A DNA stretch of 63,702 bases, filler included, from Octopus bimaculoides (lineage: Eukaryota), in NCBI RefSeq assembly GCF_001194135.2. It is 5 parts of 5 records of this genome, joined end to end, with 100 filler letters (N's around TTAATTAATTAA, not from the genome) between each part and the next. Parts side by side here need not be neighbours in the genome. Positions count along the whole stretch, not along the records: positions 1 to 9,529 come from NC_068981.1; positions 9,630 to 16,553 come from NC_068998.1; 3 more parts are not named here. One strand, 5' to 3'. A program made the translations under genes and the position numbers. Position 1 is the stretch's first letter. The number at the start of each line of letters is the position of its first letter. The notes beneath the pieces were generated by a model. That model was not told the DNA's origin. It saw only the letters and a list, made by a program, of their open reading frames with translations, and did no database searches. Below, in pieces: positions 1-13,169 of this stretch.

Positions 1-13
1 TATATATATATAG

Positions 14-676
14 AATATACAAGAATAAGGGCAGGGAATCGTCAATTAGTAATAGAATTAATAATTAACAACTTTGCCAAGTAGTTCAGTATGAAAAAAC
101 CTTTTTCGTTAAAACCATTTATCATCATAAATATACAGGGATTAGCATTGAGTTGCTTCTCCAACATACTGAAAATTTAGAAATACCAGTCAAAGAACTA
201 CTGATTCTAAACTACAATTTTTTCTCTAAACGGATGGCGATATTTATGGCACACCTAGAACAAAAAAAACCTGAGGGAAAAGCAAAAACAAACCTGCCTT
301 TAGTTAATTGGATGCGACGTTTCACGGTTAAGAGTATGAAATTACTCTATTCCGAATCTTCAGACCAATATTCTGATAAATTTGACAGTGTCTCTAAAAC
401 ATTCACCGTAATTTTTGGCCATGCGACACCAAAAACCAACGAGAAGAAAGGCACTTACGAATTCATCGGCTAGTGAGTTCAGGCACCTGACCTCAAAGAA
501 ATCTATTCCATGTGCGTCATAAATAGTCCCGTATGAAAAAAAGTCCCGTGTGAAGGGATTACGGTTTAACCATCTAACTTAGAGGTATCAAATATAAAAT
601 ATACAAGAATAAGGGCAGGGAATCATCAATTAGTAATAGAATTAATAATTAACAATTTTGTCAAGTAGTTCAGTAT
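14..676. repeat. 79-bp direct repeat (14-92 and 598-676, 3 mismatches)
   Basis: aatatacaagaataagggcagggaatc...caagtagttcagtat occurs twice. Confidence 0.85.
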
Positions 677-3329
677 ATTTATGATATATATATATATATA
701 TGTATACATACATATATACAAATACATAAGTGCAAAAGAAAANNNNNNNNNNNNNNNNNNNNNNNNNNNNNNNNNNNNNNNNNNNNNNNNNNNNNNNNNN
801 NNNNNNNNNNNNNNNNNNNNNNNNNNNNNNNNNNNNNNNNNNNNNNNNNNNNNNNNNNNNNNNNNNNNNNNNNNNNNNNNNNNNNNNNNNNNNNNNNNNN
901 NNNNNNNNNNNNNNNNNNNNNNNNNNNNNNNNNNNNNNNNNNNNNNNNNNNNNNNNNNNNNNNNNNNNNNNNNNNNNNNNNNNNNNNNNNNNNNNNNNNN
1001 NNNNNNNNNNNNNNNNNNNNNNNNNNNNNNNNNNNNNNNNNNNNNNNNNNNNNNNNNNNNNNNNNNNNNNNNNNNNNNNNNNNNNNNNNNNNNNNNNNNN
1101 NNNNNNNNNNNNNNNNNNNNNNNNNNNNNNNNNNNNNNNNNNNNNNNNNNNNNNNNNNNNNNNNNNNNNNNNNNNNNNNNNNNNNNNNNNNNNNNNNNNN
1201 NNNNNNNNNNNNNNNNNNNNNNNNNNNNNNNNNNNNNNNNNNNNNNNNNNNNNNNNNNNNNNNNNNNNNNNNNNNNNNNNNNNNNNNNNNNNNNNNNNNN
1301 NNNNNNNNNNNNNNNNNNNNNNNNNNNNNNNNNNNNNNNNNNNNNNNNNNNNNNNNNNNNNNNNNNNNNNNNNNNNNNNNNNNNNNNNNNNNNNNNNNNN
1401 NNNNNNNNNNNNNNNNNNNNNNNNNNNNNNNNNNNNNNNNNNNNNNNNNNNNNNNNNNNNNNNNNNNNNNNNNNNNNNNNNNNNNNNNNNNNNNNNNNNN
1501 NNNNNNNNNNNNNNNNNNNNNNNNNNNNNNNNNNNNNNNNNNNNNNNNNNNNNNNNNNNNNNNNNNNNNNNNNNNTATATATATATATATATATATATAT
1601 GTATACATACATATATACAAATACATAAGTGCAAAAGAAAACATCTTTCTCTGGCAACGTGCTTGCTAAATAAATAGATTTTTGTTCGTCTAAATACAAC
1701 ACATACAATAATTTTCACTATACATACATAGCGAGTTGAAACGAACAAAACGAACAAACAAAAATTATAAATTCTGTTATTCTTGAATTGGGACGATTTC
1801 TGAATTAATCTAAAACAATTCTTCCATCGTCAGCGATAAACACGACAAGAATACATGGAATGTTTACATATGCCCATGGAAAAAGCAGTTGCAAAGTCAT
1901 GTGCACATTTAAGTACTCCAAATATATCCAAACACAATTTCTGTAGCAAGATGTGTATTTATCGTGAAAATATTGTATGTGGTTAGACAATCTAAAGCGT
2001 ATTTTTCAGCATATTGTCATAGAAATTTAATTTTCTTTTGCCCTTATTTATAATTGTTTATATCTTTGACCTTACAAGTTATATTAATATCCTGGCCACT
2101 GATGAAATTGTGTGCTTGAAAGACATTTATCGTTATATTAGAACGTTATATATGTGTGTGTATGTATATGTATATACATATGTGTGTATATATATATATA
2201 TATATNNNNNNNNNNNNNNNNNNNNNNNNNNNNNNNNNNNNNNNNNNNNNNNNNNNNNNNNNNNNNNNNNNNNNNNNNNNNNNNNNNNNNNNNNNNNNNN
2301 NNNNNNNNNNNNNNNNNNNNNNNNNNNNNNNNNNNNNNNNNNNNNNNNNNNNNNNNNNNNNNNNNNNNNNNNNNNNNNNNNNNNNNNNNNNNNNNNNNNN
2401 NNNNNNNNNNNNNNNNNNNNNNNNNNNNNNNNNNNNNNNNNNNNNNNNNNNNNNNNNNNNNNNNNNNNNNNNNNNNNNNNNNNNNNNNNNNNNNNNNNNN
2501 NNNNNNNNNNNNNNNNNNNNNNNNNNNNNNNNNNNNNNNNNNNNNNNNNNNNNNNNNNNNNNNNNNNNNNNNNNNNNNNNNNNNNNNNNNNNNNNNNNNN
2601 NNNNNNNNNNNNNNNNNNNNNNNNNNNNNNNNNNNNNNNNNNNNNNNNNNNNNNNNNNNNNNNNNNNNNNNNNNNNNNNNNNNNNNNNNNNNNNNNNNNN
2701 NNNNNNNNNNNNNNNNNNNNNNNNNNNNNNNNNNNNNNNNNNNNNNNNNNNNNNNNNNNNNNNNNNNNNNNNNNNNNNNNNNNNNNNNNNNNNNNNNNNN
2801 NNNNNNNNNNNCCTCCCCTATCCATCCCATCCCACCCTATACCTCATGCCAACTCCCAAATACCGCCACCTCTGACACCACCTTCACCCTCCCACACACC
2901 AACCTTGCTTTCCCCATCTCGCCTCCCCACCTCTCAACACCACACCACAATACACACCACTAAGCCATACACCACCATACCACACAACATCACAGCGCAT
3001 TGCATCACCATGCACGCACGAGCACTAACCACTTCTCAGTTCCACATTCATACACCTACGCATTGACACACGCGCATCAAGGTCATTAGCCCTCTTCCAC
3101 ACGTACATACATACTCTCTTATACACACGCACGCGCACCATCGTTTTGGGAGCACCACTACTTTATTATCTCCCCTTCTTCTTAGCTCTTCTGTGTGACT
3201 CCTCTGTCCGGCATTCACCATGATAGATCGCTAGCCACTACACATTCTTTATTTCCTTCCCTTGTTTCTTTCTGTGTTCTTTTGTGTGAAAGAGCGTAGG
3301 CTCGAAACATTAAAGATTTTTCACTTCCT

Positions 3330-3600
3330 GAGCGTTAAACTAACACATCTGTTTGTTGTCTACGCCACCTGTCTTCGTCTCATGCTTTTGGGAATTCTCT
3401 TCATATATTATACGCTCACGTGGTCGCACTAGTTGATCCTGTTCCCTCTCATCACCCAACGAACTTTTCGGGATTCACTACCTGAACGTTCTACTGTCGA
3501 ACACTTCAGCTGCATCTCTCCTGCCCATGGTTTACACTGGACTCCTCTGTTGAAGAAAAATCGCCCCAATACCCCAGAACGTTTGAAACTTTTGAACCTT
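3330..3600 (+). mobile_element. Possible highly decayed Penelope-like GIY-YIG C-terminal relic within C/A-rich low-complexity DNA
   Basis: Weak resemblance of PVPSHH and ...SCISPAHGLH to PLE PV.RHF / TL.PHGLN motifs across frameshifts. Confidence 0.25.
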
Positions 3601-5699
3601 TTGAACTTTTCGCAACTTTTTTATACTTTCTATCCTTTTTTTTTGTACTTTCTTCTTTTTACTATTGTCGTTTCCTCCTACTCTGGTTCTTCGTATTCCG
3701 ATTTCTCTATTCCGCACCTGTTACATCTTCTCCCTCTTGCTTTTTCCATCTTCTTCTTTTCTCATTCGCCCTCTAATGCAAACACTACGTTACATTACAT
3801 AATTCATTTAAATCACGTCGCTCACACCAAAGAACGTAAGTTCCACTCACACCTCCATTCCATCACACCCGATGCCACTACCTCAACCACTCCATTACCC
3901 CTCTCCATTACTCCATTAACCCTCTCCCTCCCTGATACGCTCACCCAACCTGCCACATACATACACCCATCACCTCCCTCCCAGCATCCCACCATCTCCA
4001 TCACCCCTCCTACTTCTATATATATATATATATATACATGTGCACATATATATATATTGGTACATTCATTCATATACTCATAACCATGTTGNNNNNNNNN
4101 NNNNNNNNNNNNNNNNNNNNNNNNNNNNNNNNNNNNNNNNNNNNNNNNNNNNNNNNNNNNNNNNNNNNNNNNNNNNNNNNNNNNNNNNNNNNNNNNNNNN
4201 NNNNNNNNNNNNNNNNNNNNNNNNNNNNNNNNNNNNNNNNNNNNNNNNNNNNNNNNNNNNNNNNNNNNNNNNNNNNNNNNNNNNNNNNNNNNNNNNNNNN
4301 NNNNNNNNNNNNNNNNNNNNNNNNNNNNNNNNNNNNNNNNNNNNNNNNNNNNNNNNNNNNNNNNNNNNNNNNNNNNNNNNNNNNNNNNNNNNNNNNNNNN
4401 NNNNNNNNNNNNNNNNNNNNNNNNNNNNNNNNNNNNNNNNNNNNNNNNNNNNNNNNNNNNNNNNNNNNNNNNNNNNNNNNNNNNNNNNNNNNNNNNNNNN
4501 NNNNNNNNNNNNNNNNNNNNNNNNNNNNNNNNNNNNNNNNNNATATATATATATATACTCATTGTTTGCACATTAATATGTACATGTATAGCTCTCTACG
4601 GATTTTTTTTCTGCTAGTATACCTGTTATTTTATATTCTACTATACACACGTGGCCTTATTTACATCATACTTTCTCTCGACCTCTTACTATTTCTTTAA
4701 ACATATCCATTAGATTTTTATTTTAATTTTCATGTTAAAGTTTACTGCACATATAGGCATGCATACACATTATTATATTTGTCTTTTATCTTTTTAGTCC
4801 CTCTCACTATTATTATTACTGTTATTTTCCCCTTTACAACTTGTCTGTAAATATCCGATTTTTCCGTATTACCCCATTTGTTTTCTCCCTTATTGTATCT
4901 TATTTTAATTTATTTTATTTATTTTATCTTATTAAACCTGTTTTGATGTCCTTCCAAAAATTCCTCACGGTGATGAGAATGACAACGCATAAATTTAATT
5001 ATAATTTCTATGATTATAATTTTCTTCTAACATATTTCTATTGTCATTTAAAACGTGGGTATGCATTAAATCCAATTATGTATTAAATCTAATTTTGTTT
5101 CAACGTCTTCTCCTCTCTTTCGTTAAGGTACATTTATACCTATTACGATTTTTTTTCTCCTAACTGTTACACATGCTTGTTGTTTATACATTTCTCTTCG
5201 ACGTTTGTTTTTTCTATAAATTTAAACTTCATATATACATAGGCCAATCTATATATTAATATCTATATATTAATTACCATCATACATAAATAAATAAATA
5301 AGAATAAATGAAAACAATGGCGTTGTTAGTGTCTATCAATAACATACAACACATATATAAGAAATTATTCAAGAAATGAATTATCTAAAGGGCCTTATAT
5401 ACTGAGAGGGATAATAAATAATACGTGCGGTTATGCATATTTTATTTTGTTATGAATATATGTAAGATACATTTCAAACTGAAAAATGATTGTCAAACGA
5501 GAAATGTAAAAATGAAAAAGATGAATAAAAACATTTTCATTATTACGGACGATAGCTAAATTGGAGGTAACTGTGTAATGTATTATAATTATTTGAATAC
5601 GGAGAACTATTTGTATATACCCAACAAACACAGTTGTAATTTAGCCATATATTCACATACATGCACACACAGAGAGATATGCAATCCCTACACACCTAT

Positions 5700-5742
<43 letters not shown>

Positions 5743-7399
5743 NNNNNNNNNNNNNNNNNNNNNNNNNNNNNNNNNNNNNNNNNNNNNNNNNNNNNNNNNN
5801 NNNNNNNNNNNNNNNNNNNNNNNNNNNNNNNNNNNNNNNNNNNNNNNNNNNNNNNNNNNNNNNNNNNNNNNNNNNNNNNNNNNNNNNNNNNNNNNNNNNN
5901 NNNNNNNNNNNNNNNNNNNNNNNNNNNNNNNNNNNNNNNNNNNNNNNNNNNNNNNNNNNNNNNNNNNNNNNNNNNNNNNNNNNNNNNNNNNNNNNNNNNN
6001 NNNNNNNNNNNNNNNNNNNNNNNNNNNNNNNNNNNNNNNNNNNNNNNNNNNNNNNNNNNNNNNNNNNNNNNNNNNNNNNNNNNNNNNNNNNNNNNNNNNN
6101 NNNNNNNNNNNNNNNNNNNNNNNNNNNNNNNNNNNNNNNNNNNNNNNNNNNNNNNNNNNNNNNNNNNNNNNNNNNNNNNNNNNNNNNNNNNNNNNNNNNN
6201 NNNNNNNNNNNNNNNNNNNNNNNNNNNNNNNNNNNNNNNNNNNNNNNNNNNNNNNNNNNNNNNNNNNNNNNNNNNNNNNNNNNNNNNNNNNNNNNNNNNN
6301 NNNNNNNNNNNNNNNNNNNNNNNNNNNNNNNNNNNNNNNNNNNNNNNNNNNNNNNNNNNNNNNNNNNNNNNNNNNNNNNNNNNNNNNTATATATATATAT
6401 ATATATATATATTCATTGAACATTTCCTTATATTTCCTTTGTATTTTATTGATAGATTTAACGGACCCTACCAATGTAATTCTTTTCGTATATTAGCAGA
6501 CCAATTAAATTGAAGGATTGACATTGGCCTAACCCTATCCATCATAGGGGTATTATGATGAGTTTTTTTTTTTTTTTGTTAATAAATAATAACACCACAT
6601 TTAATTTATATCCAAATTATTTCTTCATTGATATAGGTATGTAATGATTTCCCCAATTAAGTTTACATGAAATTAACGTTGTTAATTTTATGGATATTCT
6701 ATTGCATAACCTTTAACTTCTAACTAATGACTCATGTGATATGGATCATCCCATTAACCACATTCTATAATTTTGACCCTTGCTGTTTTCCTCCATTAAA
6801 TTGAAATAAGATGTAATCTTATGACTTATGGATATTATCTTGGAATTGATTTTTTACCATTTCTTACCATTTTTATTATTTTATTATTTTATTTTACTTC
6901 TTCACATGTTTGATTCGTAACATTATGGACTCTCCGGCGAAGATTTGGGGCTCAATTATTGTCCAACCTCAGTCCAATTTTTATTCAACCTGTGTACAAT
7001 CTCTGTATAGTATTGGTATGATGTGCCAAGTTTGGTAAGATGGACCCCCAAAACTGTAAAAGTATAGTATTATTGACACATTTATTCTATTTTATTTATT
7101 TATTTATTTATACATATGACTGTAATTAATAATTGAATCCAATTGATGTTTGCAGGCTGATGTAAGTCAATTGATTATCTTTGCCATTTTATTCCTTGCC
7201 TCATAAATTCTGGTTAAATTTCTGTTTGCCCCCACTCATACCTATTATTCAATTGTGCTATTGCCTTACAGTAGTAAGCATTTGGATATAACTACATAGG
7301 TGTACATCCAGTAGTATATTGGATATTTATCATCCCCTAGATGCTTGTTTAACTTATAACTCATACAGACGGGTGTATTTCTTCGCGCGTTGCCATAGC

Positions 7400-7886
7400 C
7401 ATATATTCCAACAGGACAATGCTCCCTCCCACACGGCCAGGGTCACCATGGTCCTCCTGTGTCAGCACAACATCAGAACCATAGTGTGGGCGGCTCTCAA
7501 CCCGGATTTCAACCCAATTGAACACATGTTAGTCCCAAGATCGACCACTTGTGTGGAACTGGAGACAGCTTTCCTCAGGGTGTGGGCACAGGTGCCAATG
7601 GCTTTTGTGAACTGCCTCATGCACGCCATGTATCGACGGTGCATTGCCGTGTTGAACACCAAGGGTGGGCATACACGGTATTGAACATGTCACGCCCTAC
7701 AATCTCGATGTGCTGGATTCGCCCATTACCAGAACACATGACAACAACCCATTGACTGAGGACGAACTGCATCCAAGAAATTGACTTTATCATATTTATA
7801 AAAAAATTATCGCTGACATAATGAAATTAAAACATATTTCACAGTCACACAACTCAGGTTTTTTATTTCTGTTGCTGTTCAGTGTA
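7400..7886 (+). mobile_element. Tc1-type transposon 3' fragment with right TIR
   Basis: FQQDNAPSHTARVT...NPDFNPIEHM...RRCIAVLNTKGGHTRY; ends ...ctgttcagtg followed by TA. No left TIR seen. Confidence 0.85.
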
Positions 7887-9444
7887 TATCTCTTATGTGA
7901 CAGGAAACTACGAACACGAATTTATTGTGATATTTATTAAATTATCATCATGGATATAATTATGGATAAAATATTACGAAAGTAAGAGCGTATATGTGTG
8001 TGTGCGTGTGTGTGTTCCTTGAAATCACACCTACCATCTTTAAAAAAGATGGGATATATTAGATAATGTAGTCTTACAATATTCCCACCGAAAATAAAGA
8101 GGCTTAATAAACTTATTATCGGACAAACGCACGCACATACACACACACACACACATACACACACACACACACACAAACACATACACACACACGCACGCAC
8201 AGAGACTTATTTAAAATCTCTGAATATAAGATGGAATTCTTACGTAAACATTACAGTTCATTTTAAGTCTGAAGTGTCAGTTACTACAAAGAGCTAAACA
8301 ATAACATCTACATATATAATTAAATCTATAATTCATAATCAAAAAAGAACGTGTTCATAAACTTTAATCATCGTTCTGTCAATGTAACATTTACCACCCA
8401 TCCTTATTTGTGAGACACTAACAACTGGTGATGACTGTAGCAAGATCCCATGAGCGACAGAGTGTTATTGAATCTTCTGCGTACAAGAATAAAGACATTG
8501 CTAGGAATGGCTGGATGTAGATATCTTCTTCAAATAACTAACTAAAGCTTGCGGTGTAATTTCAGTCAAACATGGAAGAGAAAATATGCTATACGTTATG
8601 TTCGCAAGAAGACGAAAAACAAAACTCCGATTGTTGCAGCTGCTTACTATTTCTGCCGCTGTTGACACTGCTACTGTTACTGAAATACTAATGTTTTTCC
8701 ATCTGTTACACTAGTAATGAACTATAAAAGATGATGCGTTTATCCTGAAGTAAGAATTTCATTATAGGCAATCTTTTATTTCCTTCCCCTTTTACTGTCA
8801 GCATAATTTACTGTAATGTAATATATCAGAATATTGCAATAGTTCTAGGCGAATGTTAAGGACTCTGATTAAGAGAGAAGAATTTGAAAGAGTTTGAACA
8901 GATTAATGAACATATATTTATGCATTTCGCTCACAGGGGAAAATACTGGAAATACTATTGTCGACCTGACCGGAGAGAAGACCAGCTAATCATCTGAGAC
9001 TGGACTATTACCGTTACGGTAAATGTTTCCCTTACATTTTCTCTACGAAAATATACTTTTAATTAATTTGTATCCCAATGATATTTACGCATATTGCTGT
9101 AACTGTCCAACATAATACCTGAAAGCAGAGACATTAGATTTCTTCGTTATGAAAATGGGCAGAAAGCATTCAGAGCTGGAATAAATTGGGTATGATAAGT
9201 GAATGAATTGAGTTCCTTTTGAGTTTAAATACCATTTGATTTGGTATGACGCATCAATGTTGTTCGAAGAAATAATCAGAGTAAAGTAGGAACGAGGGTG
9301 GCACAAGAAAATCCAAGTAATTCGAATTCAATGTCGGTTTCATATCATTTCGCTTCAAAAGTACTTATAAATTCCTTAATAAATTCCATAAATTTGGATT
9401 GCAGATGATAGCATTTCCTTTGTTGAAAACAAATATGTGTGTGC

Positions 9445-9529
<85 letters not shown>

Positions 9530-9629
9530 NNNNNNNNNNNNNNNNNNNNNNNNNNNNNNNNNNNNNNNNNNNNTTAATTAATTAANNNNNNNNNNNNNNN
9601 NNNNNNNNNNNNNNNNNNNNNNNNNNNNN
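9530..9629. other. Artificial scaffold join (44N-TTAATTAATTAA-44N)
   Basis: Identical 100-bp structure at four sites; 12-mer has stops in all six frames. Confidence 0.9.
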
Positions 9630-9769
9630 TCTGGAACAGCGGTATATTTTTAATCGACGAACTACTATCCCCTTCGGACTAAACACAACCCCCTCCTCCT
9701 ATTGACTGCCTCTACACCTCCTGCAACTAAGCAACCTTGTTTCATTTTTCATTTTTTGCTTGTAATTGC

Positions 9770-10070
9770 GTCACTTTACTGCAACAGCCTGGATTTCAGA
9801 GGCCCACAACTTTTTAATATTCTCCCAAAGTGCCCGAGGGATCTACAAAAAGTGAATGTAGGAGTTTTTAAATCAATACTGGATCTCTTCCTGTCGAGAG
9901 TCCCAGATGAACCTACCTCGCAGTAGTGGTGCAAATGAGGGTAGCGACATCAAACTCCCTTATTCACCAAATGCCACATATAAGAGGCAGCTTTCAATAA
10001 CAGTGTAGCAAAACAGCGGCACCCCAGCATGGCCACAGCTTTGAGCTGAAACTAATAAAATATAAAACAT
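9770..10070 (+). mobile_element. CR1/L2-like LINE 3' end
   Basis: CNSLDFRGPQLFNILPKCPRDL...FKSILDLFLSRVPDEP, then 3' UTR ending ggcaccccagcatggccacagc...gctgaaactaataaaa. Confidence 0.75.
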
Positions 10071-10429
10071 AGCTGAAGTGGAAAAAATTAGGAGTAAACA
10101 CGATGAATATGCACTCCACTCATTTTTAGTTTATAAATATTTTTTCAAAAATTTCTTCATAGTTCTTTGCTTTCAATAACGAAATATCTTATATTGCTCT
10201 TTTCAGAAGCTCGCCTATGGTGTATGTTTGCTAACGATCATCGTCAAGTGGTTGGTTGTGAGAAAGAATGCTGCTGTATCCTTAACTTGAAAGATGAAGC
10301 TGGCTGTATGTTTTATAAAATAAGCAAACTCACGAACGTTCAACCATATTTTATTGATAGAAAACTGTGCATATTAATACGTAAATTATCACAGATTCAC
10401 TGGTTATCAGAATAGTAAGTAGGAACAAC

Positions 10430-10640
10430 AAATACTTCTTCGATGTCTAACATGGGGCGCATGTCTTTTGATGTCACCTATCAACCTGTTGACTCCTCTC
10501 ACCCCACCATCTTTCTCGGCCTTCCTCTTCTGCAGGTTCCTTTCACTCAGAGTGTTTGGTACTTTGTACGCAATTATCATCCTCTGTATATCCGTTCCAA
10601 TGCAGACCTTTCTCTTGCACGTTACATTGAATTTCTGTAA
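10430..10640 (-). mobile_element. Decayed RTE-type LINE C-terminal fragment
   Basis: Minus strand gives ...KGTCRRGRPRKMV, like the RTE G.R.RGRPR.RW motif. Confidence 0.45.
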
Positions 10641-10699
10641 TTGCTAGGTTTTCTCAGATCATTTGTTCTGTCATTCTTGTACTCAGACATTACACATTC

Positions 10700-11480
10700 A
10701 GTGGCATATGTTCATTTCCTTTTTTTATAGCTTTACGCAAACTTTGCGCTCAATGCTTAAGTTTCACAAGATGTGCACAGTTAGTGTGACATGCGGTGTG
10801 GCGTAAATGTTGTTGCTGCTAATTATTCTGCATATTGTATTACTGTTAATTTTGTGGTTTATTTTGAACATAAATATTTGCCAGCTTCTAGTTTTCTATG
10901 ATTTATTTTAGTTGTTGATACTGAATTGTATTCCAGTTGTGCGTGATTTTGATTTATTGCATCTAAAATTGTCTCTGGTTTTTATGAAGCAAGCTATTTC
11001 TGGTATGGGTTGTATTTTATATGTCTTGTGGAATATGGTTTTTTGATGTAACTATAAATTATTTTGTTGACTGTATTTACTGCAGTGTTGGTATTTGTGA
11101 TGTTTAGCTTTGAAAATATTAAATCTGTTTCTTGATGGAACTCATTCCATTGTAGTTTTGTTTTTGAAGTTTGTAAAAGTGTTTTTGCTTTATTCATTGT
11201 TGTACGAGTACTGATATGATAATTAACAAATGATCTGAGGAGAGTTGGAGAAAGCTTATGTGGTAAGCTGACAATGATATTTGGGGAAGAGTTGTGTAGT
11301 TGCTTGGTGCTGTATGTGTGTCTCTTGGTGTGAAATGTTTAGGGCGTATTACGTTGCATCTCTTGTTATCTATACCATATAAAGTCTTGATGTGTCGATT
11401 GTATTGAAGTCTCTCTCAATGGTGGTATTTGTGATAGTTATCAGTGTTGTAGCTTGATTGTGAAACCTAACGGGACAATT
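10700..11480 (-). mobile_element. Unclassified LINE-like relic
   Basis: A-rich coding-like minus strand with short open frames (e.g. LQWNEFHQETDLIFSKLN); no diagnostic motif. Confidence 0.25.
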
Positions 11481-11531
11481 GTGCATGAAGGTGGTAATAT
11501 CTTCTCAAGACAGAAGACTGAAATTATTGAG

Positions 11532-11600
11532 CCGCCACAGCCCGCCACAACCTGCCACAGCCCGCCACAACCCGCCACAGCCCGCCACAACCCGCCACCC
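11532..11600. repeat. GC-rich 10-bp tandem repeat (CCCGCCACAR) x ~7
   Basis: ccgccacagcccgccacaacctgccacagcccgccacaacccgccacagcccgccacaacccgccaccc. Confidence 0.9.
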
Positions 11601-11639
11601 ATGTCTGTCCTGTGCTATTCTGCATAGTTCTGCAAAATT

Positions 11640-12870
11640 TCCACCACTAGCTTTGATGTTATTGTTAAATCTAGTTTCAGATCTTCCTCTTGTCCTTTTG
11701 TCATATTCTGCATCTGTTAACCTCTTGTCCTTTTGTCATATTCTGCATCTGTTAACAGGAACTTGTCAAGGTCTTGTCTTGTAAAGTTCCATTTTCTTTT
11801 CATGATAGTATTTAACAGTCTTTCCTGGCACTCTATCTTGCGAAGAACCCATTTGTCAGTTCTTTTGTCTGTCCTGCTTATTCTGAGAATGCCTCTACAG
11901 CACAATTGTTCAAGTTCCTTAATTTTCCTTTATAATTTATTGAAGAGCCATTTATTGTGCTCGCTGGGAGATGGCCTTGTTCTTCCATATGCTGTTCAGT
12001 GATATCATGGCATTCTTGGCTATGCCAAGTCTTCTCTTGATTTTATGGGTGTCTTTGTGGTCGTTGGTAATAAAAGAACCAAGATACACAAATTCTTTTA
12101 CGTTTTTGATGTTTTCATTGTTTATTGTTATATCATCATGTTCATTGTTTGTTGTGTTTTAGTTATTTTCATTACTTTTGTTTTTTTTGCTGGGGATTAG
12201 ATGAAGCCTAGCTTGAGTACTTGCATCGTTTAGTCTATTAACTAAATCCTGTAGTTCTTGCATGTTGCTAGCTATGAGGACTACATCATATGTATACCTC
12301 AGATTTGTGATGACCTTGTTAATAATTTTGTTTTGATACTTCCAGTGAAACCATACAACATGTCTCTCATTATTGTCTCAAAATATATATTAAACAGATG
12401 TGGAGAAAGGATGCAGCCCTGACAGACACCTCGTTCAGTATCAAACCAGTCTTTTAGTTCATAAGTTGTTCGAACTATTGTACTTTGTTTGGCAATATAA
12501 GTTTTTGATTAAGTCTACTATATGAGAAGAGAATCCCTTTTAATTATATTGATCCATAGGACATCATGTGAGACATTATCGAAGGTTTTTGTGCAATCAA
12601 TGAAACACAGAAAGATATCATTATTATATTTATGATTCTTTTCAATTTTCATTTTAAAGTTCAATATATGGTTTCTTGTTCCTTTTTCAGGTTTGAAACT
12701 TGCTTGTACTTCACTAATTTCTTCAAGAGTCCTTTTTTTAAATTCTGTTTGAGATGATTTTACTTTAATTTTGCTACAGTAGCTTATCAGTGCAATAGTT
12801 TTACTGCTATTGCATTGCTGGACATCTCCTTTTTTGGTGATATGCATACGTTTATTATACAAATACTTTT
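11640..12870 (-). mobile_element. Degenerate RTE(-BovB-like) LINE reverse transcriptase region
   Basis: KKGD..CNSSKTIALISYCSKI...QASFKPEKGTRNHILN...LCFIDCTKTFDNVSH; QGCILSPHLFNIY; C-terminal CCRGILRISRTDKRTDKWVL...RLLNTIMKRK. Contains a 35-bp tandem duplication at about 11686-11755. Confidence 0.9.
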
Positions 12871-13169
12871 CATGTTATATTAAAAATAAAACAACTTTAA
12901 AAAAAAAAACTTATCTTTCTAGTGTAGTAATGTTCACTGTTAGTTTATGAATGCCATTTTGGTTATCATTATACTGAATATAAGTTTTTATCAACGATAT
13001 AAGTCCAACATCCATTGTTACAAAGCTGTATCTAGTCTGAGTTGCGAACATTTCATGTTGTCTCAAAAGTTTATAATATTCTAATGCCATTAGCACTAAT
13101 CTAGCGAAAACCAAATGTATTTCTATAATAATTTGTACATATTCTCCGTAAGCTTTCTCATGAGATTAT

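Noticed and set aside
153-473. 106-aa ORF
   Set aside because: Non-ATG start, no recognisable domain or splice signals, and it lies inside a repeat-bounded segment.
690-1641. ~55-bp duplication on both sides of the first gap
   Set aside because: Typical contig-overlap artefact across a gap.
1790-1840. Hammerhead-like CUGACGA...GAAAUCGUC on the minus strand
   Set aside because: Core words are present, but stem I barely pairs and stem II needs bulges; at best a decayed PLE relic.
9574-9585. TTAATTAATTAA (also 16598, 35810, 62392) as a biological motif
   Set aside because: Always centred in exactly 44+44 N; it is a six-frame-stop assembly linker. Adjacency across these joins should not be trusted.
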